DNA from: Octopus vulgaris
Taxonomy: Eukaryota
Reading direction: 5' to 3'
DNA: 64,000 nucleotides
Assembly: GCA_951406725.2 (NCBI GenBank)
Contig: OX597829.1
Span: 56,048,001 to 56,112,000, forward strand
Of this stretch, positions 57,466-64,000 are shown piece by piece. Each line of letters begins with the position of its first letter. The stretch's first letter is position 1. Below the pieces are notes generated by a model. That model did no database searches. It saw only the letters and a program-made list of their open reading frames with translations, and was not told where the DNA came from. The translations under genes were made by a program, and so were the position numbers.

Positions 57466-58133
57466 GAAACCTTTTTATGATAATTCACAGCTGTGATAAA
57501 TCAATGTTAGACGTATTTCTATGCGCTTTCTCTTAATTAAAGCACTTTATTATGCCTTCAGAAACATTTTTCCTCTCATACACGACTAATGCATTTTACT
57601 TTTTAACTTCTCAACTAAGCGATATTCATTATTTCCATATCTCTCTCTCTCTCTCTCTCTCTATCCTTCTCTCCCTCCCTCCCTCTCCCCCCCTCTCTCT
57701 CTCTTCCTTTTCTCTTTTTCTTTTCTTGTTTTTTTTCATGATATTCGAAATTACTCTTTCAAACATCGTGCACACATAAACATACATGCTAACATACATG
57801 CATTCATACACACATGCATATTTATATACATACTTGCGTATGTACATGACATATATTTCTACAAATATGCATATTTGCATAAACGCATGCACGCATTAAT
57901 ACGTACATAATACATATACATACATACATACCTACACATACACGCATACATACATGTATACATACATACAAAACATATATACATACACACATACATATAT
58001 ACATACATACAAGCATACATACAAACATACACTGACATACATATGCACGGACGTATGTACAAGCACATACACATACATAGATAGATACATACATGCATAT
58101 ATACATACATATATATATACACACATACATACA

Positions 58134-58167
<34 letters not shown>

Positions 58168-58553
58168 CATTGATGCATACATACATAAGTACATACCTAC
58201 GTGCACGCATACATACACACACATACAAACATACATACATACAGACACATATACATACTTGCATACATACACACATACATGCATACTTACATACATGCGA
58301 ACTTGCACTTGGTGTTCGTAGATCAAAGCGTAGTTATTTCCCAACAAATATCCGATGTGTATATAGTCTCCTCACAGAATGCATACATCTCTACGCATCC
58401 ATATAGTGGAATATCTTTTTTGATATATACGAACATAGAAAGTGTCCTATAAACACATTAAGTAATGCATCGCTTATTGGACTTGCCTTCTTCCCATAAA
58501 CATATACTTAAGTCATTGTAGTGTGTGTATATCTATTTATATATCTATATATG

Positions 58554-58608
<55 letters not shown>

Positions 58609-58617
58609 ACACATGCG

Positions 58618-58830
58618 AAGGCAGCGAGCTGGCAGAATCGTTAGCACGCCGAGCAAAATGCGTAGTTGCATTTCGTTCGTCTTAACGTTCTGAGTTCAAA
58701 TTCCGCCGTTGTCGACTTTGCCTTTTATCCTTTAGGAGGTCTATAAAATAAGTACCAGTTTAACACTGGGATCGATGTATTCGACTCACCTTCTTCCCAA
58801 AATTGCTGGACTTGTGTCGAAATTTGAAGC
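58618..58830 (+). mobile_element. Meta-type SINE
   Basis: Full match to the 7329 and 15733 copies. Confidence 0.85.
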
Positions 58831-58974
58831 TAATGTGCGCGCGTGTGTGTATGTGTGTATGTGTGTGTGTATGTGTGTGTGTATGTGTGTATGTGTGTAT
58901 GTGTGTGTATGTGTGCGTTTGTGTACTTCTGTATTTCGCTTGATTATTGTTTCAACAGAAACTATCAGCTGTTG

Positions 58975-59297
58975 TTATGCATGATTGGTCACAATGCGAT
59001 TCGAATTCTTTCTTGGTGGTATCTTTCTTTTACATCTTGGCCCAAATAATTTAACCAAGTCGTCTTCCCGTCGTCGTGGAGATCTTCCAATTGGCCTTTT
59101 CCGATCGCTAGTCTGCCACTCAATAACTGTAATAGTCCACCTGTTGTCTGTGAGCCTTGTGATACGTTCGGCTCAGCGGAACTTCTGCTTCCAATATTCT
59201 GCTATCAATTCATTCTCTTCGATCCCTTCTCCGATTATTTCATATCCGATACACTCCCATAATGATAAATCTAGCATGGATCTTTCCGTGTCTTTTT
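58975..59297 (-). mobile_element. RTE-clade LINE 3' end
   Basis: QKFR*AERITRLTDNRWTITVIEWQ..RKRPIGRSPRR. Confidence 0.75.
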
Positions 59298-59859
59298 GAG
59301 CATATACATATCTGGGTATGTTCGCGTATACACACGCGCACACACACACATACGCACACACATACACACGCACACACGCATGCACACACAACACACACAC
59401 ACACACACACACACAAACACGCACATACACACGTACACACTCGCATACACCACACATACACATACGCATCACACATATAGTGTCGAACGAACGAGAGAGG
59501 CGTGTTCGATACATTTTGTAGACTTTATGGTTTATTGGTTTATTGAAAATGAATGTTTGACTCGTGACCACAATCGTAAGATAAACATTCAACTCCAATA
59601 AACTATACATTCGTATGTAAGAACGAGTGTGTGTGTGTGTGTGTGTGTGTGAGTGAGTGTGTGTGTGTGTGTGTGTTCGTTTGCGTGTGTGTGTATGTGT
59701 GTGTATGTGTGTGTGTGAGTGTGCGTGTATGTGTATGTGTGCGTGTGTGTGTGCGTGCGTGTGTTTTCATTATATCGTCAAACACGGCGAACATTATGAC
59801 CTTTTGATCTTTCTAGCTATTAAAAACCGTAAAATTTGCTTACTCGTCTGCCAGCGTCC

Positions 59860-62145
59860 CACTTCTCCCACGCCGTCCACAACAACCAGGTTTTACACCA
59901 TCGCCAGAGATCTACTTCTCACAGACGCCGAACGAGCCCTTCTTCGCAGGAGCTTATATTTTATCCTCCTGATAGAGAAACAAAAGGAATTCAATGAACA
60001 TACCATTACTGAGAGTTTCCTCCTCCGTTGGATCCAACTTAAAACTTTCTTCCACAATAGAAGCCCAGATCTACCGAACGAGGACAATTTTCCCTTCAAA
60101 AAGAACAACTCGAACTGAACTTCAAGTATGAGCCTTCACCACATGATCGATTTGTTTATCGATAAATACCGTTTCGATTCACACGTTTTCAACTTCATCA
60201 AAGACTAAGATTAAACCTTCTCTCATTGGAACTCGACATCCTTCGGAAGCTCCCTAAACGGTGAGATATCGTTATCAAACCAACTGACAAAGAGGGAGCC
60301 ATCGCAGTTTGGCGAATCGATCAGCACAGATAAAAATTTCTCCGCCAGCTTAAGGAACCTTCGATCCTTCGAACCTTCGATCCTACACAAGCTATCAAAC
60401 GATCTCACCAGCTACGAGCAGTGCGTGAACTTATCACTTCTGACTTGCTTCTATCCTCTGCCACTAACCCGACTGTAATCACACACCAGACATCTACCAT
60501 CTGCTTCAAAATTCACAAACTTAACAATTCCGGCCAACCTATCGTCAATACTTTCATCTCTCATAACTAACTTACCCACAAACATTAAAGATGCCAACCT
60601 CTTCAATTCGTTCAACTGTCCAAACCCATTTTCACTGTCAACATTAAATCATTCTACATAGTTATTCTCCCCAACGATGGCCTATCACCCCTTAAATACT
60701 TCCTACTTACGCTTTCCACCTGGCATTTTAACTTTCCTTCAACAGCTCGTACTAACCCTTATTTATTTTTCTTTCTCAGGAGCATTTTACAATTATGTCA
60801 TTGACCCCAATTACGCAAAAATTTTGTAGGCCACAGTTAAAAGCAAATATTTGCCCATTTCACGTGACCTGTCATTAACTCCTTTCACTCCACTTTGGAA
60901 TTTATTTCTACAGTATCCGATATCGTTAATTTACTCTATCTTTCCATACCTATTCATATCTTTCTGGCCAATTCCGTCCGCTACACGCCAATTTACTCCA
61001 AATTTTATCTTCACTACTTTTCTCCTCATCCTAAACATACTAAATCCGCCATACAATGTTTCCAATACCTTATCCATCGCCTTCGCTGCTTCTGCGGCAC
61101 CAATTCAGATTTCAAGTGCCACTATGAAAGAATGCAATATTTCTTCCTGAATCAAGGATACTTTCGAAAAGTTGTTTGTCCTGAATTCCTCCAGATCAGG
61201 CCACCGACTGCGCCACCGATTTCCTACCCACTTCACACAAACCTACAAACCAAATTCTACTTTTTCTCATCTCCTACCCATCCCTTCTTTCACTGAGAAA
61301 CTCACTCTTCTGCAACTTCTGACCGCCTACTTTTTGACCCCTCAAATGCTTCGATCTTTTCGGCACCACTTTTTGCTTCCCACCCCACCTCCCCAAAAAA
61401 GATGATAACCTTTGTAACTTACCAATAAAGAAATTCCATGGTACTCAGCCCTGCACAACCAAACACTTTTAAGAGAGGTTGCTGACATGCAACACACCAC
61501 CCATACATTAACAACACTACAAACATCACTGGGCCTAAGTCACAATATCACATTACCAGAAAACTATTGTTTAAATCTTCTTCCAGCTTTACGAATTGAT
61601 TCACAATCAAGCATTGTTGGGCGAACAGGCCAATATCTTGCTGATTGCTTTCGATACTACATTCAAAGAACACTAATGTGTAATGCCCGACCAACCTCTT
61701 GCCATTAACATCAACATAACAAGTCATTCATTACTCATTTATCAACATGTTGCATCTCCATTCACCATGGGTCAACATACTCTAGGAAATGGATCGAACA
61801 ACGTTTCATGTTTTAACTTGGTAGCATGTCACCGACAGGTTTAACTGAATGTTTCTCCTTCAGCTCCGAAACCTTCTCTTAGTTCAGCAATCACTTTCTT
61901 ATCTTTCAACTTCCCTCTCCCCTCAGTTTCTCCCTTCAGTTCGTCCACGTCTTTGTCAGTTCTTATTTCTCGTTTCATCTGCTCACCTCTTATGTTCCTC
62001 ATCAGCTGCAATCAATTTCTCAAATACAGATGATCTAAAACTTTACTGCCTTCTTTTAATTTCTTTCCTTTCAATTTTTTCCTGACTCTGGCCGAAACGT
62101 TGGAGTTCCCATTCCACATGGCAATTTCACTGTAAAATTTCTGTC
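59860..62145 (+). mobile_element. Near-full-length decayed Penelope-like element (RT plus GIY-YIG)
   Basis: LTDAERALL, IVIKPTDK, KIHKLNNSGQPIV, FTVNIKSFY, PNYAKIFVG, FFLNQGY, VGRTGQYLADCF and EQRFMF*LGSMSPTGL; hammerhead remnant at 62078-62105. Confidence 0.8.
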
Positions 62146-63179
62146 GATTTTTCTGTATATGTATATTTGTGTCTGTATGTATATGCTGTTCTTATCCATA
62201 GAGGTGAGGGTAAGAGTCCATTGAAATGAAAAAGAAAAATATTGCTAGTGCTTATGTTACCAGATCCGTAAATTTAGAAGTCAAAAATCGACCTCAATTG
62301 CATTTCACTTAAGTAAAGTAAGGTGAAATTAGTATAGAATTTTTAGTATTTTATTATATTGCCATTTTCTCTATCTTTGTTTTGTTTTGTTTTTTTTGTT
62401 TTTCTCATTTAAAAAAAGTTCTAAAATCAACACAGAAGTTGAAATTTCATGATAAGTAGGAAAACTTAAAGTTCTGGTGTTTAAGACTGTCGTAGGTGAA
62501 CGGGTGGTTGAGATAATCAGCTGACAGGTCAATGATTCAAATCTGAACACTAATACTACATTAGTATCAAAGCCACGCACACTTCAATGATACACTCCTC
62601 CGACAGCTTATCTAAAAAACAAGCGACGCTGGGCAGCGCAGCTTATCACTGTTAGAGAAGAAAGCTGATTAATACTTCGCTACCTTGTGTTGTTGGATGT
62701 TAGTTTTTCGTGGTAATGTCTGAAACTCATCTGCATTTTCTCCAGTGAGGATAAGATAACGTTTTTCAATAGTTCAACGCCAGGAAACTGGAGTATATTC
62801 AAGTTTTATGCGATACGTGGTGATTTAAATAAATCATCCTCTATCGTTGTTTATACAAATTTCTCAGATAAACTAAATGTTAATTATTCACTTCGATTGT
62901 GTTAGACATAAAACTAGGAATGGATTGCTTAAACACAAGGACATTTACCGTACGCCAAGAACAAAATGAATTAAGTTACTCAGATTGAGTTTATAGACAC
63001 TGGGGAGAAAAATAACAAAGTGACATAACGTAGAATTTTATGAAATTCAAAACGAAAATGCAGACGAGCGAAAGCAAATACCGTAAAATATTACGTGCGT
63101 TTCTAAAAACTCGTTACATTTATTGGTTTTCAGAATAATAATTTCATAGATAAGTTTCGAGGCCAAATATTTTGGTCCA

Positions 63180-63350
63180 AAAGAACAACGGATTATATCG
63201 ACACAAGTACTTCAGTAGCATTTTATTGAGCATCCAAAAGAAGGGAGGGAAAAAAGTTAACCATGTGGGTATTGAACTTGGAGCGTAAACAGTTGGAACA
63301 AATTCTGCGAGGAGCGTTTTTCCCGATGTCCTAACAGTTCGTCTAATACA
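63180..63350 (-). mobile_element. Degenerate Meta-type SINE
   Basis: Weak reverse-complement match to the 7329 family. Confidence 0.5.
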
Positions 63351-63405
63351 CTGACCTAGTGTTTTTGATAATGCTAGGGAATGCTGTTCTATAAAAAAAA
63401 AAAAA

Positions 63406-63465
<60 letters not shown>

Positions 63466-63466
<1 letters not shown>

Positions 63467-63923
63467 GGCTACAGCAAATATTCTGCTCAATACCACAGAT
63501 TTGCTTGTCAGTTGTTTGACCGTAACCAGTTGAGCATGTCCCTTAGTGGCTGACGATATGTGCATCTCTGATCACGAGCAGAAGTAGTGGGGGAGCATCA
63601 TAGCCATGTGTTGAGAGGGATTCTTTGGGGTTTGAATAATTCACCTCTGGAAACATGGGTGGTTGTTTCAACATCCTTAAACAACCCTTATTCAGGGACC
63701 TTTTGAGCGGGATGGGCTACTCAACCTGAAGAAAATTCTAACTGGACCCCACCTGCAAGGTCATGTGCTGTTTATCTTGATATGAGATCACCATGTCGCG
63801 CACATATGGTTGTGATGCATGTGCCTGGTGTACCTTTATCAGACGGGTAGTCATGATGGGTATATTGGGCTTCGTATATTTTACCCCAGTGTCACTTTGA
63901 TGGCATGCACTGCTCTCTCACTC
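63466..63923 (+). mobile_element. Non-coding retroposed element in (AAT)n, 5'-truncated relative to 12376-12866
   Basis: (AAT)n on both sides; aligns to the minus-strand copy. Confidence 0.8.

Positions 63924-64000
<77 letters not shown>

Overview
AT-rich, repeat-dense animal genomic DNA, very probably octopus (inferred from the tRNA-derived SINE families and the large TATG/CATA and TAA microsatellites). I found only one host exon: a 421-nt + strand internal exon (38811-39231) encoding S4-S5-pore-start of S6 of an ether-a-go-go (eag/Kv10, KCNH1/5-type) K+ channel. The whole window therefore appears to lie inside this gene. The rest is decayed retroelements: R4/Dong-type RLE LINEs inserted in (TAA)n, an L1/Tx1 relic, RTE 3' ends, four Penelope-like elements, many SINEs and a Tigger-type MITE. 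Almost all ORF-track entries are microsatellite or antisense artefacts. The three most interesting signals are: (1) a nested series of exon-intron helices covering the eag pore/S6 coding region, which looks like an ADAR editing-complementary structure; (2) a tRNA-headed SINE with a minimal Penelope-type hammerhead ribozyme, inserted as a head-to-head palindrome between 11-bp target-site duplications; (3) a Naiad-type Penelope relic whose CxxC motif reads CxxUGA. All pairings and alignments were done by eye and need computational confirmation. Boundaries of degenerate repeats are approximate.
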